This document shows positions 25,603 through 37,990 of a stretch of DNA of 64,000 bases, piece by piece (position 1 is the first letter of the stretch; each line of letters begins with the position of its first letter). A model generated the notes under the pieces. It worked only from the letters and a program-made list of their open reading frames with translations, did not search any database and had not been told where the DNA came from. The stretch comes from Rhodosorus marinus CCMP1338 (lineage: Eukaryota > Plantae > Rhodophyta), in assembly GCA_029953675.1 (NCBI GenBank), contig JAMWBK010000008.1:558001-622000 (forward strand). Reading direction: 5' to 3'. Made by a program: the position numbers and the translations under genes.

Positions 25603-27617
25603 CTAGTCGACCTCAGCATCGCTGATCTTGGAACCCTCACTGTACTTGGACCCGTCACTTTGCTTAGACCCTTCATCAGTGTCTCTGCTCTCAAGTTCTT
25701 CACAGTGGTGCGCTAATCGATTTGCTAGCACGACGACCCTGATTGCAGTTTTGATGTCGGCTTGCCGGTTGTGGTTAGACAATTCTCCTTCCTCATGCTT
25801 GTAGTTCAGTGGCAGCGAAGGGAGTGATTTTGAGAACCTGATGAAACGTGACAGAAGGAACTGACTCAGCGCTTGTCCGTCCGCAGTAACCGTTAACGCC
25901 GAAAATGTTCCCGGTATACAGGAGCCGGAACGAGGTACTCACCAGTCGTGGTGTAGGGCGGATCCAGCGGGAAGCCTCTTTTTTGGATCTTTCTGGAGGA
26001 GCCCTCGCAAGAGGTTTTTGGCTTCCTCCGAGATGTCGTGCCAGTATTTATCTGGAAAAGTCACTCCCTTATGGAGGATCGAACGAAATAGTTCCTCCTT
26101 GTTAGTTGCCTTAAATGGTAACTTCCCTGACAACATCAAGTACATGATCACTCCGCAGGCCCAGACATCGATAGGGGGTCCATACTGCCGTCTCCGTATG
26201 AGTTCAGGGGCAACATATAAAGGAGTACCAACTGCGGAGCTGAAAACCAAGTCCGAATCACCCTGCTTAATCGACTTCTCCGCGATAAAGTTGGAGAGCC
26301 CAAAGTCAGCGAGCTTGCATGTATACGGTCTTTCATTCCGCAAGCATAAAATGTTGTCCGGCTTGATATCACGATGAACTACGTTGTGCGAGTGCAAGTA
26401 AGTCAGTCCACGAAAAAGGTCGTTCATGACCTCAGCGCAAGCCTCCTCTGTGAATTGTTTTTCCTTAATAATTCTGTCGAACAGTTTCCCTGAGGCAAAT
26501 TCCCGACATAGAGGAGAGGTGTCAACCGGCAAGCTCTTAGTGTCTGAAATACCACGCACGTGTTCGGATTTGGACAGTGCGTGGACAGGTTGTGTCATGC
26601 CACGATTGTGCACACCTCCGGACATTTTCTCCATCACAATATACAGCTTGTTTTGAGTATCAAAGATATCCAACGTTCTAACCACGTTCGGATGGTTGAC
26701 GCATTTCAGGATATCCATTTCTCTAACAAAAAACTTCTTCCAGGACTGGTTGTCCTTCTCCATAACCTTGATGGCAACCTCTTCATTTTTTCGCAGGTCT
26801 CGCCCGTTGCAAACGACCGCAAAGTTTCCCCTACCGATTTCGTTCCCAACCGAATAGTATTGTTCGATGTTCTAAGGGTCAAGCGCAAAGCGAAGCTTCA
26901 GATGCTGGAGTCATCAGAGCAAGTGGAGGAAATACCTCTGCAAAACAACACAGTCAAGCGTCCAGAAGGTGATAGAGGAGATCGTAGTCCGATGACGCCC
27001 AAAATCCATCTCGCAAGGTTCACCCCCGATAAAAGTTCAGACTGAGTTCAACCTCAGAACGTTCGAGGTTTTGAAAACGCAAAGGCCACTGTATGATCGT
27101 GCATGATTTTCAAACGTACCGCACTTGCAGAATCCTGTAGCACTCTAACCCATTCTTCGTAATCGTCGGCACGAAAGCTAAAGCGGCTCTCGTATGGCTC
27201 TCTGAGCAGACTTCTCACGAGTTCACGCTTCATAACCCTGGGAATGCTGACTGTTATCATGTTTGTTCTGTCATCGAATACGACCTTGGCGCCATTCATC
27301 GTGAGTGACCACAACTGCTTCCCACCCTAAACAAGCCGGCGCGGAAGTTAGCACGGGCGAGCATGCTTTCGAAACAGGATGCAGATATCTCTGAAAGCTC
27401 AGCATATTCCCGCTCTCACCTCTTTATCATAACCATCCAGCTTCCCGCAACTCAAAGCCAAGTATTCCTTGTCCTTATACTCGTCAATCTTGTGATGCTT
27501 TCCGAAATGACGGCCATCATGCTGGTTGGACGAACGCCTCATCGTCGCCTTTTCCACATACCCTTGTTTCTGGTTGTTCCCATACCTCAGAGAAACCTTC
27601 TTAGCAAACGTATCCAT
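25603..27617 (-). CDS. PH-domain CaMK-family Ser/Thr kinase; exons approx. 27617-27420, 27314-27120, 26871-26616, 26489-25943, 25837-25603
   Basis: N-terminal PH-like region (QGYVEK...FSFRADDYEEWVRVLQ), GRGNFAVV, VAIKVM, VHRDIKPDN, DFG, GTPLYVAPE, IDVWACG, and a C-terminal IKTAIRVVVLANRL helix resembling a CaM-binding segment. Confidence 0.92.
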
Positions 27618-28619
27618 GAATCAATCCCCCTCTTGTCTCGACCTGAATCCAACTCTCCGCCTCGCACAGCGGAACCTCAAACGTTTTTTCAGCCCCTCTT
27701 CCCAAACGCCCCAACCCTTCAAAAATCAACCACTCTACCGCGGACTGCCACACCCGCAAATCTTTCCCTTAGTTCTCCTCATCATATTAATTCTCTAACA
27801 CTCCCAAACACACGTCCTTTCCTACCCCTTTCCCCATCCCTCCCAGCCCATTTCATCCTCTTAAATCGCCTCTCAACTCCTACACCATCAGTTGACTTCA
27901 GTTCCTTCACCGAAACTTCTGCAAAACAACTCCATTTCATTTTAGCCATTTCGACCGAATTTCTAGTGTATTCAACCCGTATAAATCCACTGTAGCCATC
28001 CAACAGGAATCCTCTTTAAATTGAATAAATATCCTATATCGATGTTTTAGTTAGAGAGTTGTAGGGGGGGCAAAACGTACAATTATTCTTGGCACAAAGG
28101 CCAAGAATGGAACAACGGTTTTGGCCCGAAAAAAAAAGCGGAATGTGCGAAAAAAAAAGGGGGAAGAATGCGAAAATCTACTGTTTTCTAGAACTTTGGT
28201 GTGAAGAAAGTGTGTAATTTACATGAAACTTCTTTCGAGTTGGGAAGCAGGTGGCTGTTCATTGTCATGAAAGGCGAATCCCATCTTATCTGGGAGCGAT
28301 CGGACGTCTGATGTCTTGATGGGAAACGAGAAAGTAATCTTTTGGGACGGTTTTAAAGGAGGGGCTTGCGGTGGGCTAGGGTTGTTAACTGAGTCGTTAG
28401 GTTTCTGGACGTTGAGAGGCGATATGTATTTAGTTTTTCTCTGTTGAATACTGTTTTAGATTGCTCGTTAACCCCACCCCCGAAACAATTGTTCTCTCGG
28501 GGTGTATATTATATTGTTTTTTGTTTTCGCGGGGTTCGATAACAATGGGTCATTTCCGTCCCCACCGCAGTCGATTGGATTCAAATCATTCTACTCCTTA
28601 AGTGATAAGAGAGCTTGTT

Positions 28620-29502
28620 TTACTTTTTTGTTGGTGATTCCACAAGACTCGCAATGTCCAAACCAAACTTGTCGCCGACGCCTTCTACGGCCTCCTGCAG
28701 CTCCTCGAGATGTTCGGGTTCAATATCAATAATTGCTTTCATCCTAAAGAGGTCAAATCCAGCGAAGGGCGCTGGTACAGTCTCGGTATCCTAAATCCCA
28801 TAGGACCGGTCGCCGACGTGCACTATCTTAGCAATTGCTCGTCTGAAACTCTGCATGAAGTAAACGGCTCCAACAAAACTTACCAGAGATTTGATGCTGC
28901 CTCCTTTTTTCGAAAGCGCTTGCGTTATTTGGGCAACAATTCCAATCGAATCTGGACCATCAACTTCCAGAACATATTCTTTCATCCTGGTAGGTTGGGA
29001 CTCGGTCGTTTCTCTGTGCATGCGGAATGAAGAACTCGTGGTTCAGCATGAGCTGGACTGAGAGGGCAGGATTTTACGGCTTTTGATTCGACTGCAGTAC
29101 CTCATGGCGAGGGAGAAGTCGGAGAAAATTCCCTTTAGCTCAGAGCGCAAGTCAGCCAGCTCACTCGGACGAACGGTTACCAGCGATATCATAGCAAACT
29201 CTCCTCCGAGCTGAGCCATTCTTGACTCTTCCACATTCCCGTGGCTCTTATGCAATGCGGAAGAAAAATCCTTCACGACTCTGCGGTTGAAAAGCAGAGC
29301 AGAAAAAAACGCAGGAAACAACAATCCCGTGCACTTCATTCAGTTCCGGCGTGGAGCATTTCCAGACCTCATCAGGCACGGGTAAGCCATTTCCCTACCC
29401 AACGCGATCGGGTCCAGCCAATGATACCAAAACTTTGGACGGCTTCTCCGTCGACATCCGCCTAACCTGGCCAATCGCCCTCGACAGGCTCCTCGCATTC
29501 AT
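28620..29502 (-). CDS. gcvR: GcvR-like (glycine cleavage system regulator, COG2716 type) double-ACT-domain protein with a mitochondrial-type presequence; exons 29502-29399, 29280-29101, 29013-28884, 28790-28620
   Basis: Spliced product: MNARSLSRAIGQVRRMSTEK-VLVSLAGPDRVGVV...GNVEESRMAQLGGEFAMISLV...YVLEVDGPDSIGIVAQIT...DTETVPAPFAGFDLFRMKA...LEELQEAVEGVGDKFGLDI. Three in-frame GT-AG introns. Confidence 0.87.
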
Positions 29503-32500
29503 TGCTCTCAAAGCCTGAACAAAGTCCAGAACCATAAACTACTCAGATCGACAAAGCAACTTGCCGCTTCATCCATGAGATCCAGTCGCATGTAAGAAAA
29601 TCGGCACACTAACGACAGAAAAAGATGAGGAAGAACGATTCTCACCATCTGAGCCCCCTAACAAAAAAAATCCAACCCCGCAGAGCTCAACCACGAACAA
29701 TCCAACGCAGGGTGCCTACTACCAAAATGCAACTTCAGATGATCTCTCAATACAGAAAACACATAGTCACACCTTCGATTACAAAGTCTCTCCCACTCGA
29801 CTCGAAACTCTTGTCAATCTCAACCCCAAAAGAGCACTGCAGCTAGCAACCTCCGCCAGGGCGACTTCCTACTTCGCCTCGTAGTGGAGAACTCCAAAGC
29901 TCACTAGGCAATCAGCTCAATCACCAAAAATTCGACACCACTTCAACGAATTTTCAGCAATTTCAGAAATAAAAATAGCTTTTCCTATTTCATAAATGTC
30001 CTTGTCATTTATACACTAGAGAATGTGTTTTTAAATAATAATAACCGAATTTTCACGGCTATGGATGTCATCCTTGCTAGTTGACGGCAATGCAATGATC
30101 TGGGTTGGACCGTTTCCATTATTCTGCAAAATTCTTGATTCTGTTGATTGGACGGGTACGCGATAACAGGGATATAAAACATTTTTATTGGTTACAGGAG
30201 ATATGTTAGGTAGTTATCAAGGACATGATTGGCTATAATCTGGACAGTTCTGATAGAAGTTACGTATGATTGGACCGTTTCTATGGACATATCAAGATTT
30301 TTTGCTATTAGCCTTTCGCGAGTAGTAAGCATTGAGCAAGCGGATATCAATCCGCATCAGGGTTGGTGGAGAATATTGAAGAAAGAAGATTCAATCAAAA
30401 CCACCGAAGCTTGGATTGAATGACTTTTGACAAGCTTTTGTCGTAAGTAGTAATTGGAACGAGTTTTACGTCCTCAAATCTTCCAGTCATTCGAGGGGAT
30501 ATGTCTACGCGAACGCAAGGGTCTACATTTTCAGAGGCAGAGATCTCCGCTCCTATGACTCTGATAGTTGACGACGTACTGGGCCCGATCCAGTCATTGG
30601 CTCGTCCCGGGTCTGCCTCACTCCAAACTAGAGCAGGAGCTCCGTCATGCAGTTCGCCCACCGAAGAAGTTAATTTCTATTGCGGGCTTTGCTCGCTTCG
30701 GTTGCGCTGCGATTCTCGCGTATTTAGTCTCCGGTGCTTCCATGCGGCCGGAGTCTACGAGCTGACTTGTACCCGAACGGCAAAGTGGAGGTCTTGGCAT
30801 TCGGCGCGAACAGCGCGCATGATCCTCTCGTATTGATAGGGTCAACGCGATTGCACGTACCCTGTCGAGCGGGCTCTTCGCCTTTTCCCAATATTTCAGC
30901 TCTCTTAAGCGCCACAGTCTGAGGTTGGAAGTGCTAGGTGATCTTCCATCTCATGGCAGACTAACAGTCACACCGGGTTTTTCGAAGTGGCAGTGCATCC
31001 TATAAACAACAGCATAGATCACTCAGAAACCACAACCCTGAGAAGAAGGAAAGCAAACCAACCAGAGGTAGACGAAGCTTGCACAGGCATATCAAAGTCT
31101 GTCGACTTCGCCATACCAACAATCCATCGTCCCACCATCCAATCAACTCAATCAGTCAAAATATAGCTAACTTAGATTGAACATTCACATCGTAAAAAAA
31201 AGGCAAAAAAACAAGGCGGAGAGGGTTTCTTGGAGTTGAAAACATTACAGTCGCCAACTTGACTCGAAACAAAAGAGGTTTTAGAGAGGCTTTTCTACGA
31301 GAACAAAATGTGCTATTGGACGAAACTGAGAAGGAAAAAGGAGATGTGGCCTTTTTACTGTGAAAACCGGGGGGGGTGGGTTGAGGGCCGTCGATACTTT
31401 GGCCATTTCCTTTTTGGTTTGTTTGGGACAAAATATCTTCATTCTTTTCTTGAAAGCATTTCTTGAGGAAGAATTTTCGTGGTTTGATCGTAAAATATTG
31501 TTAATATCAGTAACTCGTTTTGGTATTGCTTAATAAATGGATCAAGTCCGTTAAATTTTGTTTCATTGTGGTTGTGAATTCATGTGTTTTAGAAGAAATA
31601 TGATGTCTCCGGGGAGGGAGTCATCTAGCGATGAGAAAGGCTTTTCTGAAGCCAAAAAGTGTTTTGGGCGCGATTCGATGAAGTAACTGGTTTGGGGTAT
31701 ACGGATGGCGTTTCTGGACTGAGGCGGGTCAGTAGGTGGCGGATGTAAGTCGGAGCTAATTTACTGAGGAGATTCCTGGTACCGGAAAAAAATACACAAA
31801 GAACCCACACTGCTGAAACCGAAGAGGCCGGGGCGGAACCTACCAGTGGAGAGCATGAAGACATCGCCCGTAAAACAAACCAGGCCACCCCACCCACCAC
31901 CACTTCAACCAGGACAGAAGCAATCTCTGCAACCACTCTCGTCCAGCGTCACACGGACGAGCAATCCCGCGCAACAATTGTACTGCTCGCTGTTCCTTCT
32001 TGAGAATCGGATTCACTAGAGTCTTCCTTGGCGGCCTCAACCATCACCAGGATGCAAGAGCAAAAGGCACTCCAAATTTTCCACCTCCAGGGGGGAAACC
32101 CAAACCTTGCCAGTTCGGTCGTAAACGCTCGATAGTATACTGCCCATCACCCCTGGTTCCTTCAGCAGGCCTCCAATATCGTCACACTATTACCGAGCTT
32201 CTTGTTTACTCGAAAACTAACAGCTCCCGGCTAGGTGGGTGTCCTACGAGAGGGAAAGGGAGAGGGGGTAGGGGGAGGGGGCGCGGAGGGTCACCGCCAA
32301 TGTGTCCCGGAAAAAAACCGCAAATCGGAATGCGTGGAAAGTACGAAGTCTGTTCAAAATTAACCAATGAAAAACCCTTACCCATCGAAAGCTTTCAAAA
32401 TTACGGACGAAATTATTTGAATTTAAATTATATTCAAACACGATGCGGTGGCGTTTGAAATTTTATACTTTAAACACGAGTTTTCAATACCCTGCATCGG

Positions 32501-32821
32501 TTTTTGAAATCTTGAAGTTTTCTTTTCGAATCGGAGGAGAGAATCTGGATATTTAGATTTTTGCTGATTATTTTTTTTTTTGGCGCGCGAGGTGTGGAGG
32601 GGGGAGTGTTTTTTAAGTTTATTTTGAAGGGTTTAGGGGGTGATGGGGATGATGCGGGATTTTGCACAGTTTCGACAGAGGACGTCAATAAGCTATTAAG
32701 AGTCGGATTGAAAACGGAGGGGAGGGTGAGTGGGGTTGGGTGGGAGAGGTATTGGATCAGGTCTTGAGTATTGAAGATAGCTGTTTTTTGTTTTGTGAAG
32801 GTAGCTGAGAATAATTAGAAA

Positions 32822-33115
32822 ATGGCAAAGCAGCTTTCTGTAGCGAGGGAGCCGAGGTCTCCGATGGAGTTCGATCTGCCTGATCATGTCCAAATGGACG
32901 GCTTGGAGTTGATGCAGAAGCCGGAGGAGCCGACTGGTCTGAAGCACAAGAGACTGTTGACAGATTACTGGCGTCGTTTGTGTGATCGTATCATCTCTTT
33001 GATGTCGGATATGGAGCATGAGAAGGACGAGGATATTATTCAGTTCCATGAAGAGCAGCTGAAGTTCTTGCATTGTAGAGAGGCGGAGCTTAGGAAGAGA
33101 TTAGAGAATTATTAA
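32822..33115 (+). CDS. Hypothetical 97-aa helical protein
   Basis: True ATG after a G/T-rich leader like those of the recognised genes; charged, helical, protein-like composition; no family recognised. Confidence 0.6.
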   Translation: MAKQLSVAREPRSPMEFDLPDHVQMDGLELMQKPEEPTGLKHKRLLTDYWRRLCDRIISLMSDMEHEKDEDIIQFHEEQLKFLHCREAELRKRLENY

Positions 33116-34655
33116 GGGAATGCGCTCAACTCCCGTAAGGTTTCAGAATATGGATAGTCTTTGAATAAAGTTCTTTGAGCCAGTGTATCTTATCATCCTC
33201 TGCAGCGCAAAAACCAGATCGGCATAGAAGCTCATATCTAGTTGGTTAGTGCTGTTGTTGAAGCTCTCGATCTCGACAGGGATAGCGTGGATATCACCCC
33301 GAACATTTCCGAGTTGCAAGGATCCTCTTCCAGTTCGAACGCGAAGCGAGCGCGACGTAATCCCAACTATCTCTAGCAAACAAACAACCTACCCCGCCAA
33401 TACGCTGCCTAAGGTTCCGATCACAGCGAAGCACTCTATCAGAATGCTTCGATCACAGTTCCGAACTGGCTACGTTCCAGAGCACCACCCGCATGGAAGA
33501 AACAGATCTCACGCTCATCGCATTGTTGATCGCCCGTTAAGAGCCGTAGCTTCTTCTGCCGGGAAGTATACTCCCTTTCAACCAAAGTAGCAGGGACCTG
33601 ACCGCACGCTGGTTGAATGAATACCACCACTACAACACCTGTTGCGGTTCAACAGAGTTAAGCAAGTTTATGTGAGAAGCGACTTGAGGCCCACACTTTT
33701 CGCGCCATTTTCGTCTCCGGGCAGGCATCTGTTGGAATGCCAAGTCCTCATCCAGGAATTGAGTGTCATTTCGAGTTTCCCCCTGGTTGGCAACCAGCGA
33801 GAGCTCCGGTTGATTCCCGTTCACCCAAGCTCAGCTAGTATTGGTCTAGACCCAGCAACACACACTACAAGTCCGTTCAAACACTCAGATCTCCTCCTGA
33901 ATCGAGCGGGAGGATACCCGGGGACAGAATGCTGGAGACTGAAAGTCCTTGTCCATGAGCGACGAACGATGACCCCACCTCTCCTAAGGAACAGAGAGTA
34001 ACAAAAGAGATCCAACCCAGGGCTCAGCAAGGTGTACACACACGAAACCCCTGTAGTTATTCTGGCGCGATCTTGTTCGTAGAGAACCGACCGGGCGGTC
34101 GATCACATGCCAGCGACGAATTGTCCACTAGTGCTTTTTTTTTTTTTTTTGAATCATCCACTTCGCATGTGTTTTTTCTGCGCACCGTTCAAAGGTTCCA
34201 GCCACTCACCTATCGTTAGCTAGCTCGTCATGACCTACCGGATGGACGAGCGGGTTGGAATCGGCGATACAGCTTGCCAATGGGGCATCAAACCGTTGAA
34301 ATCTGCGGCACGTTTCCACATCGACTACGGAAGATGCTGCAGCCCAGATCGGAGCTGATGATGCTCTGCTCTGATCACTGCCGACTTCGAGCGCACGCTC
34401 ACTCTTCGGAGTGCCGGAAGCTTGTGGAGCAGATCGTCCGCGCTTTCATGCGTGGGGTTTCGGGCTTTGTATGTAACTTTGGAACAGGAGAACACGCGCG
34501 TGTTGCTCTATGCGTGACCGCTGGACGGTGTAGCGTGAAGATCCACGGCTTCACGAACCGAGGATGATCGCATTTTGAACATTTCATTCGGCGGAAGAAA
34601 AAAGAAAGCGTTGTGCTTTAAATTTGGGAATAGCTTGAGCGAGGAATTCCTCATG

Positions 34656-35314
34656 TTATGCAGGCGGTTTGTTCGTTTCTGTCACCGGAGCAAACCGGTC
34701 CCATCCTTCCTCTCTAATACGCTTTTGCCTATCCTCCTCCCTTTTCTGCCTCACAAGAGCCAGTCTTTCCATATCTCTACGGACTAGTTCTTGATCTTCG
34801 GCAGATAAGACTCTTCGAGCTCTCTGCTCTGGCTCCGCTCCTCGAGATCCGCCGTTAAGATCATCGTCTTCCTCCTCTTCAGACTCGTCCTCTTCTTCAT
34901 CAGAACTCGGAGGCATCATTCCTGCCCTAGGATTCTGGCCCATGCCGTTAACCTCTTCATCTTCATACTCCTCCTCATCAGAACTCGGCGGCATCATCCC
35001 AGCGTTCGGATTCTGTCCCATTGGCCGGCGTCCGTCATCACTCTCTTCCTCTTCATCGGAGCTGGGAGGCATCATCCCAGCTGTAGATGACTGAGCCAAA
35101 ATCCGCTCCTCCGTTTCCTCCTCGACATGTCCTCTACCCCGACCTCTACCTCGATAACCCCCTCTCTTCCTTCATCAACACAAGAAACCCAACCAAAACA
35201 GCCACATGTTAGCCCCAATCAGTAACCAACACACACAGAAAAACAACAACAGAAAGCAGTCATTTCAACCAATAAAACAAAAAAGATCAGACGCCCAGAA
35301 GCCTTACTTTCTCA
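34656..35314 (-). CDS. PDAP1: PDAP1/HASPP28-like (PP28 casein-kinase-substrate domain) acidic phosphoprotein; exons 35314-35307, 35169-34656
   Basis: MRKKRGGYRGRGRGRG N-terminus after splicing (GTAAGG...CTAAC...AG), three GMMPPSSDEEE repeats, and a C-terminal RRDMERLALVRQKREEDRQKR helix matching the PP28 DLARLALIRKQREEA pattern. Confidence 0.78.
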
Positions 35315-36813
35315 TCCTCAATGAACACTTGCGGACTTCGCTCCTCTAAACACACCAACAAAAACCAAAACAAAAACCTAGAATCCAATCCAAAACAATG
35401 TACACACACCCCGGAGAACAAGTCTTCTCGTCCTTCAGTTTTCACAAACAAACCACTTCTTCGACCTTTCTTCCTTAAAAATAAATCGTAACCCTATCTA
35501 ACCATTTACCTCCTTTCCAAGTCCCCACCTTCCCAACCAACGCATCACCCTCCCCAACTTTTATACCAAACCTGACCCATCCGTGTGATTATCCTCAAAA
35601 CCCGGAGTTCTCAGAATTCCATTAAAAAAATGCGAATTGTCCCAGTGTCCCATACCCTGTCCCAAAGTTTCCTTGTTTTCCCCCGGATTCTGTCCCAGCA
35701 AGTATGTGTGTCTGTAAATGTCAACGTTTGAATGATTGCTGCCGGAAGGGGGGGGGGTTGTCAACTATGGGCTGGCGTTCCGTACTTGTCATTAGGCGAC
35801 ATGTAGGGAACTTCAGCCCGTATTTGACAACTGCGAAAGCTCCTCAGTGCGTCGAGCTTTGTGAGTCATCCGAATCTAGGACACATTCATCTACCCGCGT
35901 GTTGGAGAACCTGGTACGGGCCTTTCCCGTTTGGCTTTCTCTCTCCAGACTAACGAACGGTCTGCTCTGTTCCTAAAATAGAATAGCCCGGTTCAACCTC
36001 CACGTTGATAAATGAACCGGAGCCTCTTCTGATCCGCTGGCCCTAGGAGAACTTGCGAGGTCTTGCTTTTTGACGACGTATGCAGCGAAACTTGATAAGT
36101 ACCCTTTGCCGCTCCAATGCATACTGAGCATCACCTTGGATTTACGGTGCAGGATACTTCACTCGAAGCGAAAGGACTTGTACTGATCCACCAGTACAAA
36201 TTGAATCATCGGTGTGCGAGGCCACCAGTCCCTTGCGTTTGCCGAGTCCTACAGGGAGAGCAGCGATGAGTCTATCCAAGGACACGACATGAAACCAGCG
36301 CATCTTCCCCAACTCTGAGGGTGTGTGTGACGAGAATTGGAAGCATCACAAAACTCCCAGGGACGGACGAGCTGCCGCAGGTGTCAACGAAGGACTGGCG
36401 TTCCGTGCAGGTTGGGCTAGCCGTAGATTACCAGTATGAAAAACAGGCCCATCGTTGATTGCTTGGAAGTTCAACCTTGACAGTGCTGTGCTTAATGATG
36501 GTTTGTGGGGATATCCGGCTGCGAGAAGAGTTCACTATGAACTTGACCTCTTACCTTGGCAAATGAGAACTGTTTACCCGAACGCCTGCCCTCCTTCACA
36601 AAATTCCAAGAGCGGTTCCTCACGTATGGCTTTGCACACTAGTGAGGGAAGTGTCGGGATGATCAGGGAGGATGAGCTTCAGACCCACCATTTGGTTAGA
36701 AATACGGGAGGGTTGGGCATATAGATGTCATTTGGCAGATAGATGTGCTTCTGTATATGTGTTGACTTGGTAGAGCCTTCTTCGCGGCGCAGGAGGCTGA
36801 CGGTGATGGGAGG

Positions 36814-37149
36814 ATGGAGCATTCGATTGAATTTTTGATCGAGGATGTAAGAGCTGGTAAGGTTAGTCATGAGGAAGTAGTGGAATGGATACGATGTGCG
36901 AAGGATGAGCTGAGGCAGATGGAAGATGCTGAGCGGGAGTTGAAGATGAAGTGCGAGGAATTGGGGAGAGAGGCGAAGGTTGCCAAGGCCCGCCTTTCCG
37001 GGACCGAAGCGGAACTAGTGAACCAGATCCTTAATTGTTCGAAGGAGGAAGATTTTCAGAGAATGGCGACCGTAATACGAGAAAGGAAAAAGGGGGCTAC
37101 TAAAGACGCGCTTACCTTCTACGCAGACGCAACGCAGTCACATTCATGA
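36814..37149 (+). CDS. Hypothetical coiled-coil protein (111 aa; may be spliced further)
   Basis: True ATG; E/K/R-rich heptad-like sequence (KDELRQMEDAERELKMKCEELGREAK); no family recognised. Confidence 0.55.
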   Translation: MEHSIEFLIEDVRAGKVSHEEVVEWIRCAKDELRQMEDAERELKMKCEELGREAKVAKARLSGTEAELVNQILNCSKEEDFQRMATVIRERKKGATKDALTFYADATQSHS

Positions 37150-37597
37150 AGGGTAAAGGCAAAGGCGAGGACGGAACACCGCAATCATATTCCGAACGTC
37201 TTCATCGCGCAACCGTCTTCATTGCGCAACCGTTCTCCATGACTTCCAGCTTCTGTTGAAAGAACCATCCGCTTGCTTAAAGAACTCCAATGTGACTGTC
37301 ATCTCCATCAGCACATCACCGAGGCGATAGCTTATCCGTTCTCAAGGTCCTTCACCGACATCCCAACCAACAATCTCGCATGAAGAGGGTGTCAGAAGTC
37401 AACTGACAAACCGGGAATGGTTTTGAGCTTGCTAGCCTTTGTCAACCTATTATCATCCTGAGGAGTCAAAGGGCAACTTTGCTGTCGACGACGGTGCTTG
37501 AGACTCATCAGTCAGTCTTCATCAACAACTCGGCGGCACGTGACATGACCTTCTGAACTTGCTACCGATTTCGCCTCGGCCAAACGGGGTTCGCATC

Positions 37598-37990
37598 TGT
37601 GAAAAGCTTCTACTCGCTTGTCCATCTTCTTCACCCGTCCAGCGACGGGGAAAAGCATACTATCTGTCCATCTCCCCGACCAGGTCGGCAGGGGAAAAGC
37701 TGACCAGCTGCCCATCTTCCGCACCAGGTCGGCGGGAAAAAGCTGACTCGCTGTCCATCTCCTTCATCCGCTCGACGGGCAGTCCATCTTCTATACTAGT
37801 CCAAGGGAAAAAAGCTTATCCTTGCTTGTCCATCTTCTCCAGCTCGACAGGGAACAGCTTACTAGATGTCCATCGATCGGAAAAAAAGCTCACTAGCTCG
37901 GCCACCTTCATCAGCTCGACAGGGAAAAGCTTGCTAGCCGTCCATCGATCGGAAAAAAGCTTGGCCACCTTCGCCAGCTCGACGGGGAAG
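37598..37990. repeat. Degenerate minisatellite (~40-50-bp units, ~8 copies) upstream of DBP5
   Basis: Recurring GG(G)AAAAGC(T)...GTCCATC(T)...CAGCTCGAC blocks. Confidence 0.8.

Noticed and set aside
31349-31358. GCCTTTTTAC resembling U5 snRNA loop 1
   Set aside because: Five Ts instead of four, no flanking stem, no Sm site context.
32000-32458. 152-aa plus-strand ORF with a GRG-rich stretch
   Set aside because: TTG start; the G/R richness comes from G homopolymer tracts in a promoter-like region.
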